Counted from the stretch's first letter, positions 28,722 through 46,914 are shown. The stretch: 64,000 nucleotides of DNA from Eledone cirrhosa (GCA_964016885.1 OZ024750.1:16368001-16432000), one strand, 5' to 3'. Notes: generated by a model not told the origin, from the sequence alone. Numbers and translations are program-made.

Positions 28722-29226
28722 TGTTGCACATATGCATACATACATATAACATAAATTTACACCCATACAGAGGAACACAGCTAAATACATTGATGCAGGG
28801 TATATATAAATAGAACTCACGAGCATACGTGCACACGAGTATATACATATATAGATATACTTGTGTGTGTATATATATATATATATATATTTTATCTTGT
28901 GATTCTATAGACATGTGTTATGATATATAGCTCTGATTGTTTAATTTATTAATTTTTCATTGAGCCAAAAAGTGACCAGCTGCAAAACACGTATATGTAT
29001 GTGTATGTATATATATATGTAAACTTTTATATGTAATAATCTCCCACTAGGTTGAGATACAAATTTGGCTGTATTGTGCTGTGCTTTCTAGCAAAAATGC
29101 CACCAGTCGTAAGCAACTACCACACCCCTTCCAACTTGACCGCGACTACGTCACGATTTTTAGCCATTTTGAAATGAATTCTTGGCGCGATCGTTTTGGA
29201 AAATTTAATGTCTAGATATGAGCGAG

Positions 29227-29312
29227 CTTCCTGAAGAATCCGGCGCTCGAGTTTATATAATTATTACATAATTATTGGATAACTCAAAACACGGACGAAA
29301 CCATGGTAGAGG
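29227..29312 (+). ncRNA. Type I hammerhead motif with long stem II; the element continues to (TA)n at ~29585 and has an inverse tail copy at 26181-26322
   Basis: cttc CTGAAGA atccg..gagtt..aactc..cggac GAAA CCATGG TA gagg. Confidence 0.7.
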
Positions 29313-29579
29313 TATTTAAGTGTATTCTATTTTCTCCTAGTTTATTTTAAACCTAATTCTGCTTAGTTGACTGTATCTAGGCGATTACGCTGTCGAAATA
29401 TTCGATAAATATTCCACTACGGCCGACGCGAAGCGCTAGTTTTGGTTATTTGTTGGAGATTCCTTCATAGAAGCCTCATTCGTATAGCCTGGTCTATTCG
29501 ATTTTTTATATAGTTAATTATGCTAATTGGGAGAGGAAATAGTATATATTTTATCTTGTGATTCTATAGACATGTTTTA

Positions 29580-29640
<61 letters not shown>

Positions 29641-29648
<8 letters not shown>

Positions 29649-30062
29649 ATATTAATAAATGGAAACTATATTTATAAAACCATAATTATTTTATTATATA
29701 TATTTCAAGGGCGACCAACGTAAATTATGGTGCGCTTTCATCAGATAAAATACAGATTTGTTTTATAAATAAATATTGACATACCCGGAAAAAAGACAAC
29801 CTCAACGGTTAAAATTCGCTGGATAGCCGGGTATATCAATATTTATTTATAAAACAAATCTGTATTTTATCTGATGAAAGCGCACCATAATTTACCTTGG
29901 TCGCCCTTGAAATATATATAATAAAATAATTTTGGTTTTATAAATATTGTTTCCATTTATTAATATATTGTATATTTATTCCACTCATTGTTGAGTGCTT
30001 TATATCAGTTATAAAAAAATTTAAGCTTGTTGAATCCCAACAAATTAAATATAACCTCTGCA
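29641..30062 (+). mobile_element. Fold-back HHR element (family D) in (TA)n
   Basis: Arms 29641-29789 and 29827-29975 are reverse complements; HHR on both arms; GTTGAGTGCT in the 3' extension. Confidence 0.85.
29863..29928 (+). ncRNA. Type I minimal hammerhead ribozyme, intact (mirror copy 29687-29752 on the minus strand)
   Basis: tattttat CTGATGA aagcgcacca...tggtcgccctt GAAA TATATA TA ataaaata. Confidence 0.85.
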
Positions 30063-30116
30063 TATATATATATATTTGTGTGTGCATGTCTGTCTGTCTG
30101 TTATGTATATCATATA

Positions 30117-30418
30117 CAGGGTTGGATTTATACCTTAGAGTGGTAGGGGAGGGGGAAGGACACTTCAGGTTTGTGTGGCCCTTCATACATAGCACCCCCC
30201 CCCCTCGATTTTACATATCAAAGTAATTGGTGCAAGTAATTGGAATTGAAAAGTTATACACACTGGTATTAAATTATATAAATTCTGACCATCTTAAAAA
30301 CTAAAACGCCCAGCTGAGGGCACAAATAAATTGCAACGGTCGTAATTGTTAGGTCCCCTCACCTCCGCAGTGGGCCCAGAGCAATTGCACCCCTTGCCCC
30401 CCATTAAATCCGACCCTG
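30117..30418. mobile_element. hAT-like MITE
   Basis: TIRs cagggttggattta / taaatccgaccctg; target-site duplication is degenerate. Confidence 0.6.
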
Positions 30419-30469
30419 CACATACATACCCACATACAAACACACACAAACACACATCAAACCACAGAG

Positions 30470-31478
30470 CACTACACCACACGCTACACCTCACTATACC
30501 GCACCCACTACACCACACTATGCTACACTACACTACACCACACTACCCCACACTACACTATACTACACCACACAACACCACACTACACTACGCTACACCA
30601 CACAACACCACACTACACTACGCTACACTACACCACACCACACTATACTCCACCACACTACACTACACTACACCACATACACTATACTCCACCACACTAC
30701 ACCACACTACACTACACCACACCACGCTACACTACACCACACTATACCACACTACACGACACCACACTACACTATACTCCACTACACTACACTACACTAC
30801 ACTACACTACACCACACTACACCACACTATACTACACTCCACCGCAATACACTACGCCACACGACACCACACTACACTACACCACACTACACTATACTTC
30901 ACTACACTACACTAAACCACACACCATACTACCCCATACTACACTATACCACACTACACCACACTATACTCCAATACACTACACCACACTACACCACACC
31001 ACGCTACACTACACCACACCACGCTACACTACACCACACTACACCACACCACGCTACACTACACCACACTATACTCCACTACACCACGCTACACTACACC
31101 ACACCACGCTACACTACACCACACTACACCACACCACGCTACACTACACCACACTATACCACACCACACCACACTACACTACACCACACTATACCACACC
31201 ACACTACACCACACCACACCACGCTACACTACACCACACCACGCTACACTACACCACGCTACACTACACCACACCACACTAAACCACACCACACCACACC
31301 ACACTACACTACACTATACTCCACCACACTACACTACACCACACTACACCACACCACACTACACCACGCTACACTACACCACACTATACCACACCACACT
31401 ACACCACACTACACCACGCCACACTACACCACGCTACACTACACCACACTATACCACACCACACCACACTACACCACA
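30470..31478. repeat. (CACTA/CACCA)n pentanucleotide satellite
   Basis: Direct reading. Confidence 0.95.
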
Positions 31479-31544
31479 ACACCTTCCAATACAATGCTGC
31501 AAATTTTAAAGAGTGAGATGCTGTTAACTGAAATGTCAACAGTT

Positions 31545-32352
31545 AACAACAACAACAACAACAACAGCAACAGTAACAATAACAGCAGCAGTAGCTGTAG
31601 CAACAACAACAGTAGCAACATCAATAACAACATCAACAACAGTAACAACAACAGCAGTAGCAACAACAGCAACAACAGCAGTAGCAACAACAGTAGCAAC
31701 AACAACAGCAGCAGGAGCAACAACAGTAGCAACAACAACAGTAACAACATCAATAACAACATCAACAACAGTAACAACAACAGCAGTAGCAACAACAGCA
31801 ACAACAGCAGTAGCAACAACAGTAGCAACAACAACAGCAGGAGGAGCAACAACAGTAGCAACAACAACAACAGAAGTAGTAACAACAACAACAGTAGCAA
31901 CAACAGTAGCAACAGCAACAACAACAGTAGCAACAACAGCAACAACAACTGTAGCAACAACAACAACAGCAGTAGCAACAACAACAACAGCAGTAGCAAC
32001 AACAACAACAACAGCAGTAACAACAACAGTAGCAACAACAACAAAAGTGTCACAACAACAGCAACAGCAACAAAAATAACAACAGCAGTAACAACAACAG
32101 CAACAACAGCAACAACACCAACAAAAGTGTCATAACAACCGCAATAGCAACACTAGAAGTAACAGTAACAACAACAACAGCAGCAGTAACAGCAACAGCG
32201 AAAACAACAATAGCAACAACAGCAGCAGCAACAACAACAACAGCGAAAACAACAACAGCAGCAGCAACGGCGAAAACAACAACAACAGCAACAACAGCAG
32301 CAGCAACAACAACAGCGAAAACAACAACAGCAGCAGCAACAACAACAGCGAA

Positions 32353-32383
<31 letters not shown>

Positions 32384-32498
32384 CAACAACAGCAGCAACA
32401 GCGAAAACAACAACAGCAGCAACAGCGAAAACAACAACAGAAACAACAACAGCGACAGCAACAACAGGAGCAGCAGCAACAACAACAACAACAGCGAA

Positions 32499-32531
<33 letters not shown>

Positions 32532-32645
32532 GAAAACAACAACAACAACAACAGCAGCAGCAGCAGCAACAACAACAACAGAAACAACAACAGCGACAGC
32601 AACAACAGGAGCAGCAATAACAACAGTAACAACAACAACAACAAT
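31545..32645. repeat. (CAA/CAG/TAG)n trinucleotide mosaic
   Basis: Direct reading; includes internal block duplications. Confidence 0.95.
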
Positions 32646-32760
32646 ACTAAGAACGTCAACGACAGCTTTGGCATCAGCAGAAGCAGCAGGCCCATTTCCT
32701 ATAGAAAGAAAGAGAGAGAGAGATATTTGTCAGGCACACCTAACATGGCTGACAACTTGA

Positions 32761-32801
32761 ATAAATCATTGGGCGCTTGACGTCAGTGCTGCCATGACAA
32801 C
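32761..32801. promoter_or_regulatory. Candidate cis-regulatory module: CCAAT + CRE + RFX X-box
   Basis: ATTGG 32768-72, TGACGTCA 32778-85 and GCTGCCATGACAAC 32788-801 in a unique-sequence island. Confidence 0.35.
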
Positions 32802-33017
32802 GCAATTAACGTTGAGGGGAGATCACTCTTATATCCCCAACATCACAATTGTTTCCTTATGGATGGTTGATTTTTACGATGTTGTTTTGTTGTTTTTTTC
32901 CACATTATGGGAGGATCTTTTTCTTTTTACTTTGGCTTAAGCGAATTTCCCTCTTTACAACATACGAGAGTATATTGTTACAGATATATATTATATACAC
33001 TCTCTTACCACAATTAC

Positions 33018-33068
<51 letters not shown>

Positions 33069-33150
33069 AGGGTGTTAAAGTTTGCTTGAAGCATATATAT
33101 ATATATGATGATGTCTCCCGAATGAAACAGTTCTAGTCCTGTAGAAGCTC

Positions 33151-33181
<31 letters not shown>

Positions 33182-33187
33182 GGAAAA

Positions 33188-33298
33188 TGTGGTGTTGATG
33201 GTGATGGTAGTGTTGGTGGTGGTGATAGTGGTGTTGGTGGTGATAGTGGTGTTGGTGGTGGTAGTGTTCATGGTGGTAGTTGGGGGTGATGGTGGTGG

Positions 33299-33335
<37 letters not shown>

Positions 33336-33645
33336 GTTGCTGGTGGTGATGGGGGTGTTAGTGTTGGTGGTGGTGATGGTGGTGTTAGTGTTGGTGGTGG
33401 TGGTGATGGTGGTGTTAGTGTTGGTGGTGGTGATGGGGGTGTTAGTGTTGGTGGTGGTGATGGTGGTGTTAGTGTTGGTGGTGGTGATGGGGGTGTTAGT
33501 GTTGGTGGTGGTGATGGTGGTGTTAGTGTTGGTGGTGGTGATGGTGGTGTTAGTGTTGGTGGTGGTGATGGTGGTGTTAGTGTTGGTGGTGGTGATGGGG
33601 GTGTTAGTGTTGATGTTAGTGATGGGGGTGTTAGTGTTGGTGGTG
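33188..33645. repeat. (GGT)n with a 24-bp GGTGTTAGTGTTGGTGGTGGTGAT minisatellite
   Basis: Direct reading. Confidence 0.92.
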
Positions 33646-33669
33646 CTATTGCGCCGCTTTATTCAACTA

Positions 33670-33922
33670 GGCACCTTCATCTATATTTACTGGCCTTGTA
33701 CTTAAAGTCGAAATCATTATTACTGAAGGACGGTAGATTGGCAAAATCGGTAGAGCGTCGGGTGGATTGGCAGTATCGGTAGAGAGTCGGACGCTATGCT
33801 TTGCAGCATAGAGTTACGGCCCTTTATGGTCTGAGTTCATTCTTACGGGGTCGATAAAATAAAGTACCAGTAATACACTAGGTTATTGCTGGCCTTGTGC
33901 CAAAAGTAGAAACAATTATTAC
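33670..33922 (+). mobile_element. Family-1 SINE (duplicated head, internal deletion)
   Basis: ggattggcagtatcggtagag...tacggggtcgataaaataaagtaccag...gtagaaacaattatt. Confidence 0.8.
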
Positions 33923-34095
33923 TGGTTGTGGTCACAGTAATTATGCGGGTAAAGATGGTAGTATGGGTTGTTGTCGGTGACGTCACAGTTATTATCGGTG
34001 TTAGTCCTTCATCAGAAGAAAGAATGAGAAATAAAATAGATTAAGGGGACGGGCGGGATGGAATTGGAAAAAATGTCTTTAGATAGATATATATA

Positions 34096-34163
<68 letters not shown>

Positions 34164-34167
<4 letters not shown>

Positions 34168-34584
34168 AGAGTTAAACAAGATTCAATGAATACATCAAAG
34201 AATGAGTTTTACAATAGATTGGAAGCACTCTACAGTAATTATTTTCCAGAGTTATTAATATTAATTCCAAATATTAAGAAAATAGATATTCTTGTGATCA
34301 ATTATATTTTATTATACATATTTCAGAGGTACTGAATTAAGTTCAAAAGTACGTCCTCATCAGATAAAATAAAATGATACATGACATACCCTGACATGGT
34401 ACATGGTTAAAATTTAACTACCTTCATTAAATCTTAACCATCTACCATGTCAGGGTATGTCATGTATCATTTTATTTTATCTGATGAGGACGTACTGTTG
34501 AACTTAATTCAGTACCTCTGAAATATGTATAATAAAATATAATTGATCACAAGAATATCTATTTTGTTAATATTTGGAATTAAT
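34164..34584 (-). mobile_element. Fold-back HHR element (family B) in (TA)n
   Basis: Arms ~34258-34410 and ~34434-34584; HHRs at 34305-34371 (-) and 34473-34539 (+). Confidence 0.85.
34473..34539 (+). ncRNA. Type I minimal hammerhead ribozyme, intact
   Basis: tattttat CTGATGA ggacgtactg...cagtacctct GAAA TATGTA TA ataaaata. Confidence 0.85.
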
Positions 34585-34591
34585 ATATATA

Positions 34592-34684
<93 letters not shown>

Positions 34685-34895
34685 CCGAGGTTTTAATATC
34701 AACTTGCGTGCATTACTCACAAGGAATTATGGAATGAACTTGTAATGAACAAATCCTGTCTCAGAGTGCTTACCAAAATATATATATATCCGACACACCT
34801 TAAGAAAATTATAAAACACTTAGCATATATAAATAAAATTAAATATATTCAAATAAACTGAACCAATATAACATGTGTAATAATATTTATGCCTT

Positions 34896-34942
<47 letters not shown>

Positions 34943-35058
34943 CTGTGTGTGTATATATATGCATATATTCTTACAAATATATATATATATTTCTGTGTGT
35001 GTATATATATGCATATATTCTTACAAACATATATATATATATATATGCATATATTCTT

Positions 35059-35102
<44 letters not shown>

Positions 35103-35149
35103 GTGTATGTATATATATATATATATATATATATGCAGATATTCTTACA

Positions 35150-35211
<62 letters not shown>

Positions 35212-35371
35212 CACATACATATATATATATATATATGCATATATTTCTGTGTGTGTATATATATGCATATATTCTTACAAATATATATATATTTCTGTGT
35301 GTGTATATATATGCATATATTCTTACAAACATATATATGTATATATGCATATATATATATATGTGTGTATG

Positions 35372-35427
<56 letters not shown>

Positions 35428-35439
35428 TATATTCTTACA

Positions 35440-35520
<81 letters not shown>

Positions 35521-35863
35521 ATATCTACATCTATAATGTAGTTTACTGGGTGTGGCATCTGTCAGTATATTTTTCGTCTCATATAACCTATTAATTTAAT
35601 ATTACAAAATGGTACTGCTCCAGCTCCTCAGAACCAATTTAAAATATCTTTATTTCTGCTTTATTCCTATTATATTTGTTTGTTTGCTGGTTCCTTTCTT
35701 GTTGGTTTCTGATATTACGGGTATGCTACCCGTTTCCTGAAATTTTAAAATTTCAAAGATTTGTGATGTATTTAAAAAAAAATGATATTTAATGCTTTAT
35801 ATGCATCGTTCATTTTTACATTTAGATACATTGATAATCTTTTAAGTTACATTGTTTGCATTC

Positions 35864-35904
<41 letters not shown>

Positions 35905-35944
35905 TGTGTGTGTGTGAGTGTGTGTGTGAGTACACACACACACA

Positions 35945-36913
<969 letters not shown>

Positions 36914-37606
36914 AATATATAGTGGAAATCACCCCGGTTTCGGTGCATTAAGATCGATAACATTCATTCCAGTACACAATGGGACATAAGAAAACAGGTA
37001 GAGACAAGTTATGCCTTTAGGCATATTACACAAATATAGAGTGTGCAAGGGCTTAGCCAAAGGTGTAACAATATAGAAAGGAGAGAAATAGTAGAATAGA
37101 AGAGAATAATAAGGACTGTTGTCCAACGATTGAACAAAGAAGGGGTAACTGTGGCGCAGAAAAGGAGAATACAGGAAAACAGGCCGCATGATTAAGAATA
37201 TAAATTCAAAATAGGGGTCGATCAGGACAGGGACAATGAAAAAAGAATGGAAACATGGACAGCTCCACATATTTATCTCTGGAGATTATTCCGTAGTTTC
37301 GTTGATTATTGGAGAGTGTAAAAGTATGAGAATTCGATAATGTTACTGAACAGATTGATTCAAAAGGAAGTTTGCACTTCTCGCGGTATTTGTGTGTGAT
37401 GTGTTTATAAACAGCAGAGTGTATATATTATGTATGAACTAGCAAAGATTAAATGCTTTGATTTAAATCTACTCGTCAAATAAGCAGTTCGATACTGGTG
37501 TCAGGTCAGCCACCTCTGTAAAGACCTCGAGCGAATCATCTGTGAAACATATGTAACGTTCGATATAGATTAAAAACATTTTAGAGTGCAACTTCATACA
37601 TAATTA

Positions 37607-37663
<57 letters not shown>

Positions 37664-37897
37664 ATTAGAATTTAGCTTCGAGCATAGCTGTATACATATA
37701 TGTATTGGAATATTGTATTTCTAAAGAAATACGATATGTTTATAAATAAACATTTAGAAAGCCGTAGCTATGTAAAGACACCGGTGGCTATCACCACCTG
37801 GCGGTGTCCAGCAGAAGCAAGGGGCACAATCGTCGATGTATTTCGAACTGAACTGGTTCCCCTGAGGAATATCCCTCCCACTCTTATAGCTGCTGCG

Positions 37898-37978
<81 letters not shown>

Positions 37979-38513
37979 ATAATATAATATAATATAATAT
38001 AAATGCATATATATATATAAACATATATATATATAAGCACATATATATATATATATATATATATATCATAGATGAGTGTGTGGGTGTGCATGTGTGTATA
38101 TGTGTATGTGTTTGTATATAAAGATTGGGTTTGGCAAACACAATAGTGAGTACTCAGCTGTAGAGAGATAAGTAGGTTTTAAAGTAGATCTGGTGTCTAG
38201 GGAACCTGAAACATATATGTGAATCTCTAGAGTAACAGATCTACTATATCAACCTTTATAAGCCACACACACACACACACACACATACACACACACATAT
38301 ATATATATATATACACATATATACACATATATACATATATATATGTATATATATACATATATATATATACATATATATATGTATATATATACATATATAT
38401 ATGTATATATATACATATATATATGTATATATGTACATGTATATATGTACATATATATATATGTATATATAACGATATTAAATAAATGGAAACTATATTT
38501 ATAAAACCATATT

Positions 38514-38579
38514 TATTTCATTATATATATTTCAGGGATATCATATTAACAATATGCTATGCCTTCCTCAGACAAAATA
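38514..38579 (-). ncRNA. Type I hammerhead motif in a family-D-related, internally deleted fold-back (38471-38760)
   Basis: tattttgt CTGAGGA aggcatagcatatt-gtt-aatatgatatccct GAAA TATATA TA atgaaata. Confidence 0.75.
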
Positions 38580-38759
38580 CAATATAGACAGTTTTATAGA
38601 TAAATAGATTTGACATACCGTTCAACATCGACTTGTATTTGAAAAGTTGATTTGAAAAGTTGATTTCGTAAATATACTCCAAATACTTGTCGAGTGCTTT
38701 TATATCAGTTATAAATATTTACTAGTTGTAACCCAACAATTTAAATATAACTTTCCATA

Positions 38760-41445
<2,686 letters not shown>

Positions 41446-41657
41446 TTCGTTTCTGAATTTGTTTAGCAAGATTCTTTATCTGAAAACGTGTGTTGAAACC
41501 GATATTGTTATGCTTTGGGAGGGTCATGTTGCCAATAAGAAACACACGCACCAGTTGCTTTCACTTCAATTGATTATAAATTAAATTTATAAATTTAGGA
41601 ATTTATAAATTTCCGGTTGGTTGGTTGTTTCCACAACCAGACGATTGTTCATATATT

Positions 41658-41700
41658 GTCAAAGTTCTTTCGTCACACATTCTGTGACCTCTTCAGTGAC
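41658..41700 (-). ncRNA. Type I minimal hammerhead ribozyme, intact core, within element 41443-41754
   Basis: gtca CTGAAGA g gtcaca-gaatg-tgtgac GAAA GAAC TT tgac. Confidence 0.75.
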
Positions 41701-41856
41701 TGGGGATTCTTTTCTTTGTTTTTGTGCCTCTCCTTTTTTCTGTCCTACGCCATCTTGTTTCTTTCAAGCAGAACATGCCTTTGACACTAATAACAATTAT
41801 GTACCCTAAATGTTCTAAATGACTATGATTTTAGTTACATGTTTCGTCATTCCTTA

Positions 41857-41903
41857 TGCTCCGATGAAGCCAGACTTCCCTCTGGAAGAAACAATTGTCA
41901 GCA
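41857..41903 (+). ncRNA. Degenerate hammerhead motif
   Basis: tgct CCGATGA agccaga..tctggaa GAAA CAATTG TC agca. Confidence 0.55.
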
Positions 41904-41945
41904 AATAAATGTTCTAAACTAAAATTTGATCGTTTTAACACTTTG

Positions 41946-41982
<37 letters not shown>

Positions 41983-41986
41983 ATAT

Positions 41987-42121
<135 letters not shown>

Positions 42122-42143
42122 CACACATATATATATACATATA

Positions 42144-42198
<55 letters not shown>

Positions 42199-42288
42199 TA
42201 TCATGGCTGTAGTGTTGTTGTTGGTGGTGGTGGTGCTGGTGGTGGTAGTGGTGGTTGAGTGGTGGTAGTCGTAGTAGTTTGTCGTAGC

Positions 42289-42319
<31 letters not shown>

Positions 42320-42483
42320 ATATACAATCTTTGACGTTGCTATAGTTTCTGTTGAAGTGTCACGTGCGTTAACGTTGATTTATGGTTTAATCCAATATTT
42401 ACCTAATCTGGAAATACCGAACACTAGACTAGCTAAATATTATTCTTATATTCCTTAATTCTTTTAATCCCTTGCCGTTTTTA

Positions 42484-45400
42484 CAGTCATTCGTCTATAG
42501 TGATGGTGGAACACCACCTTGATAGAATGTAGTCGATCATATCGACCCCGGGACACATTCAATGGCTCTAATCAGTAGACTGCAGTCGATCATTTCGACC
42601 CCGGTACACTTTCACTGTTTATGGTCATTAGACTGCAGCCATGCTGGAGCACCACCTCGAAGGGGGTTAGTCTATCATATCAACCCCGGTACACTTTCAT
42701 TGGTTCTAATCAGTAGACTGCAGCCATGCTGGAGCACCACCTCGAAGGGGGTTAGTCTATCATATCAACCCCGGTACACTTTCATTGGTTCTAATCAGTA
42801 GACTGCAGCCATGCTGGAGCACCACCTCGAAGGGGGTTAGTCTATCATATCAACCCCGGTACACTTTCATTGGTTCTGGTCATTAGACTGCAGCCATGCT
42901 GGAGCAACACCTCGAAGGGGGTTAGTCTATCATATCAACCCCGGTACACTTTCATTGGTTCTAATCATTAGACTGCAGCCATGCTGGAGCACCACCTCGA
43001 AGGGGGTTAGTCTATCATATCAACCCCGGTACACTGTTACTTGTTCTAATCGTTAGACTGCAGCCATGCTGGAGCACCACCTCGAAGCGGGTTAGTCTAT
43101 CATATCAACCCCGGTACACTGTTACTTGTTCTAATCGTTAGACTGCAGCCATGCTGGAGCACCACCTCGAAGCGGGTTAGTCTATCATATCAACCCCGGT
43201 ACACTGTTACTGGTTCTAATCATTAGACTGCAGCCATGCTGGAGCACCACCTCGAAGCGGGTTAGTCTATCATATCAACCCCGGTACACTGTTACTTGTT
43301 CTAATCGTTAGACTGCAGCCATGCTGGAGCACCACCTCGAAGGGGGTTAGTCTATCATATCAACCCCGGTACACTTTTACTGGTTCTAATCATTAGACTG
43401 CAGCCATGCTGGAGCACCACCTCGAAGCGGGTTAGTCTATCATATCAACCCCGGTACACTGTTACTTGTTCTAATCATTAGACTGCAGCCATGCTGGAGC
43501 ACCACCTCGAAGGGGGTTAGTCTATCATATCAACCCCGGTACACTTTTACTGGTTCTAATCATTAGACTGCAGCCATGCTGGAGCACCACCTCGAAGCGG
43601 GTTAGTCTATCATATCAACCCCGGTACACTGTTACTTGTTCTAATCATTAGACTGCAGCCATGCTGGAGCACCACCTCGAAGGGGGTTAGTCTATCATAT
43701 CAACCCCGGTACACTTTTACTGGTTCTAATCATTAGACTGCAGCCATGCTGGAGCACCACCTCGAAGCGGGTTAGTCTATCATATCAACCCCGGTACACT
43801 GTTACTTGTTCTAATCATTAGACTGCAGCCATGCTGGAGCACCACCTCGAAGGGGGTTAGTCTATCATATCAACCCCGGTACACTTTTACTGGTTCTAAT
43901 CATTAGACTGCAGCCATGCTGGAGCACCACCTCGAAGCGGGTTAGTCTATCATATCAACCCCGGTACACTGTTACTTGTTCTAATCATTAGACTGCAGCC
44001 ATGCTGGAGCACCACCTCGAAGCGGGTTAGTCTATCATATCAACCCCGGTACACTTTTACTGGTTCTAATCATTAGACTGCAGCCATGCTGGAGCACCAC
44101 CTCGAAGGGGGTTAGTCTATCATATCAACCCCGGTACACTGTTACTTGTTCTAATCATTAGACTGCAGCCATGCTGGAGCACCACCTCGAAGCGGGTTAG
44201 TCTATCATATCAACCCCGGTACACTGTTACTTGTTCTAATCATTAGACTGCAGCCATGCTGGAGCACCACCTCGAAGCGGGTTAGTCTATCATATCAACC
44301 CCGGTACACTGTTACTTGTTCTAATCATTAGACTGCAGCCATGCTGGAGCACCACCTCGAAGCGGGTTAGTCTATCATATCAACCCCGGTACACTTTCAT
44401 TGGTTCTGGTCATTAGACTGCAGCCATGCTGGAGCACCACCTCGAAGGGGGTTAGTCTATCATATCAACCCCGGTACACTGTTACTTGTTCTAATCGTTA
44501 GACTGCAGCCATGCTGGAGCACCACCTCGAAGCGGGTTAGTCTATCATATCAACCCCGGTACACTTTCATTGGTTCTGGTCATTAGACTGCAGCCATGCT
44601 GGAGCACCACCTCGAAGCGGGTTAGTCTATCATATCAACCCCGGTACACTTTCATTGGTTCTGGTCATTAGACTGCAGCCATGCTGGAGCACCACCTCGA
44701 AGCGGGTTAGTCTATCATATCAACCCCGGTACACTTTCATTGGTTCTGGTCATTAGACTGCAGCCATGCTGGAGCACCACCTCGAAGGGGGTTAGTCTAT
44801 CATATCAACCCCGGTACACTGTTACTTGTTCTAATCGTTAGACTGCAGCCATGCTGGAGCACCACCTCGAAGGGGGTTAGTCTATCATATCAACCCCGGT
44901 ACACTGTTACTTGTTCTAATCGTTAGACTGCAGCCATGCTGGAGCACCACCTCGAAGGGGGTTAGTCTATCATATCAACCCCGGTACACTGTTACTTGTT
45001 CTAATCGTTAGACTGCAGCCATGCTGGAGCACCACCTCGAAGCGGGTTAGTCTATCATATCAACCCCGGTACACTGTTACTTGTTCTAATCGTTAGACTG
45101 CAGCCATGCTGGAGCACCACCTCGAAGCGGGTTAGTCTATCATATCAACCCCGGTACACTGTTACTTGTTCTAATCGTTAGACTGCAGCCATGCTGGAGC
45201 ACCACCTCGAAGGGGGTTAGTCTATCATATCAACCCCGGTACACTGTTACTTGTTCTAATCATTAGACTGCAGCCATGCTGGAGCACCACCTCGAAGCGG
45301 GTTAGTCTATCATATCAACCCCGGTACACTGTTACTTGTTCTAATCATTAGACTGCAGCCATGCTGGAGCACCACCTCGAAGCGGGTTAGTCTATCATAT

Positions 45401-46914
45401 CAACCCCGGTACACTGTTACTTGTTCTAATCGTTAGACTGCAGCCATGCTGGAGCACCACCTCGAAGGGGGTTAGTCTATCATATCAACCCCGGTACACT
45501 TTTACTGGTTCTAATCATTAGACTGCAGCCATGCTGGAGCACCACCTCGAAGCGGGTTAGTCTATCATATCAACCCCGGTACACTGTTACTTGTTCTAAT
45601 CATTAGACTGCAGCCATGCTGGAGCACCACCTCGAAGGGGGTTAGTCTATCATATCAACCCCGGTACACTTTCATTGGTTCTAATCATTAGACTGCAGCC
45701 ATGCTGGAGCACCACCTCGAAGCGGGTTAGTCTATCATATCAACCCCGGTACACTGTTACTGGTTCTAATCATTAGACTGCAGCCATGCTGGAGCACCAC
45801 CTCGAAGGGGGTTAGTCTATCATATCAACCCCGGTACACTTTCATTGATTCTGGTCATTAGACTGCAGCCATGCTGGAGCAACACATCGAAGCGGGTTAG
45901 TCTATCATATCAACCCCGGTACACTGTTACTTGTTCTAATCGTTAGACTGCAGCCATGCTGGAGCACCACCTCGAAGCGGGTTAGTCTATCATATCAACC
46001 CCGGTACACTGTTACTGGTTCTAATCATTAGACTGCAGCCATGCTGGAGCACCACCTCGAAGGGGGTTAGTCTATCATATCAACCCCGGTACACTTTCAT
46101 TGATTCTGGTCATTAGACTGCAGCCATGCTGGAGCAACACATCGAAGCGGGTTAGTCTATCATATCAACCCCGGTACACTGTTACTTGTTCTAATCGTTA
46201 GACTGCAGCCATGCTGGAGCACCACCTCGAAGCGGGTTAGTCTATCATATCAACCCCGGTACACTGTTACTGGTTCTAATCATTAGACTGCAGCCATGCT
46301 GGAGCACCACCTCGAAGGGGGTTAGTCTATCATATCAACCCCGGTACACTTTCATTGATTCTGGTCATTAGACTGCAGCCATGCTGGAGCAACACATCGA
46401 AGCGGGTTAGTCTATCATATCAACCCCGGTACACTGTTACTTGTTCTAATCGTTAGACTGCAGCCATGCTGGAGCACCACCTCGAAGCGGGTTAGTCTAT
46501 CATATCAACCCCGGTACACTGTTACTGGTTCTAATCGTTAGACTGCAGCCATGCTGGAGCACCACCTCGAAGGGGGTTAGTCTATCATATCAACCCCGGT
46601 ACACTGTTACTGGTTCTAATCGTTAGACTGCAGCCATGCTGGAGCACCACCTCGAAGGGGGTTAGTCTATCATATCAACCCCGGTACACTTTCACTGTTT
46701 ATGGTCATTAGACTGCAGCCATGCTGGAGCACCACCTCGAAGGGGGTTAGTCTATCATATCAACCCCGGTACACTTTCATTGGTTCTAATCATTAGACTG
46801 CAGCCATGCTGGAGCACCACCTCGAAGGGGGTTAGTCTATCATATCAACCCCGGTACACTGTTACTGGTTCTAATCATTAGACTGCAGCCATGCTGGAGC
46901 ACCACCTTGAAGGG
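42484..46914. repeat. 85-bp tandem satellite: 50 full periods (42631-46880) plus degenerate ends
   Basis: GACTGCAGCC recurs at 42631, 42716, 42801 ... 46881 with no indels. Confidence 0.98.

Noticed and set aside
32153-32725. Minus-strand splice acceptor (ctctcttttctttctatAG) and possible signal-peptide exon MGLLLLL
   Set aside because: It runs straight into a trinucleotide repeat, with no donor or neighbouring exons.
29641-34584. Fold-backs as sequencing or assembly chimeras
   Set aside because: Arms carry mismatches, unique loops and later SINE insertions, and they recur by family, which argues for real genomic structures.
42631-46914. CRISPR-like array (constant repeat plus variable segment)
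   Set aside because: The variable 20-mers are recurrent point variants of one sequence rather than unique spacers. There are no cas genes, the context is eukaryotic, and the unit is SINE-related.
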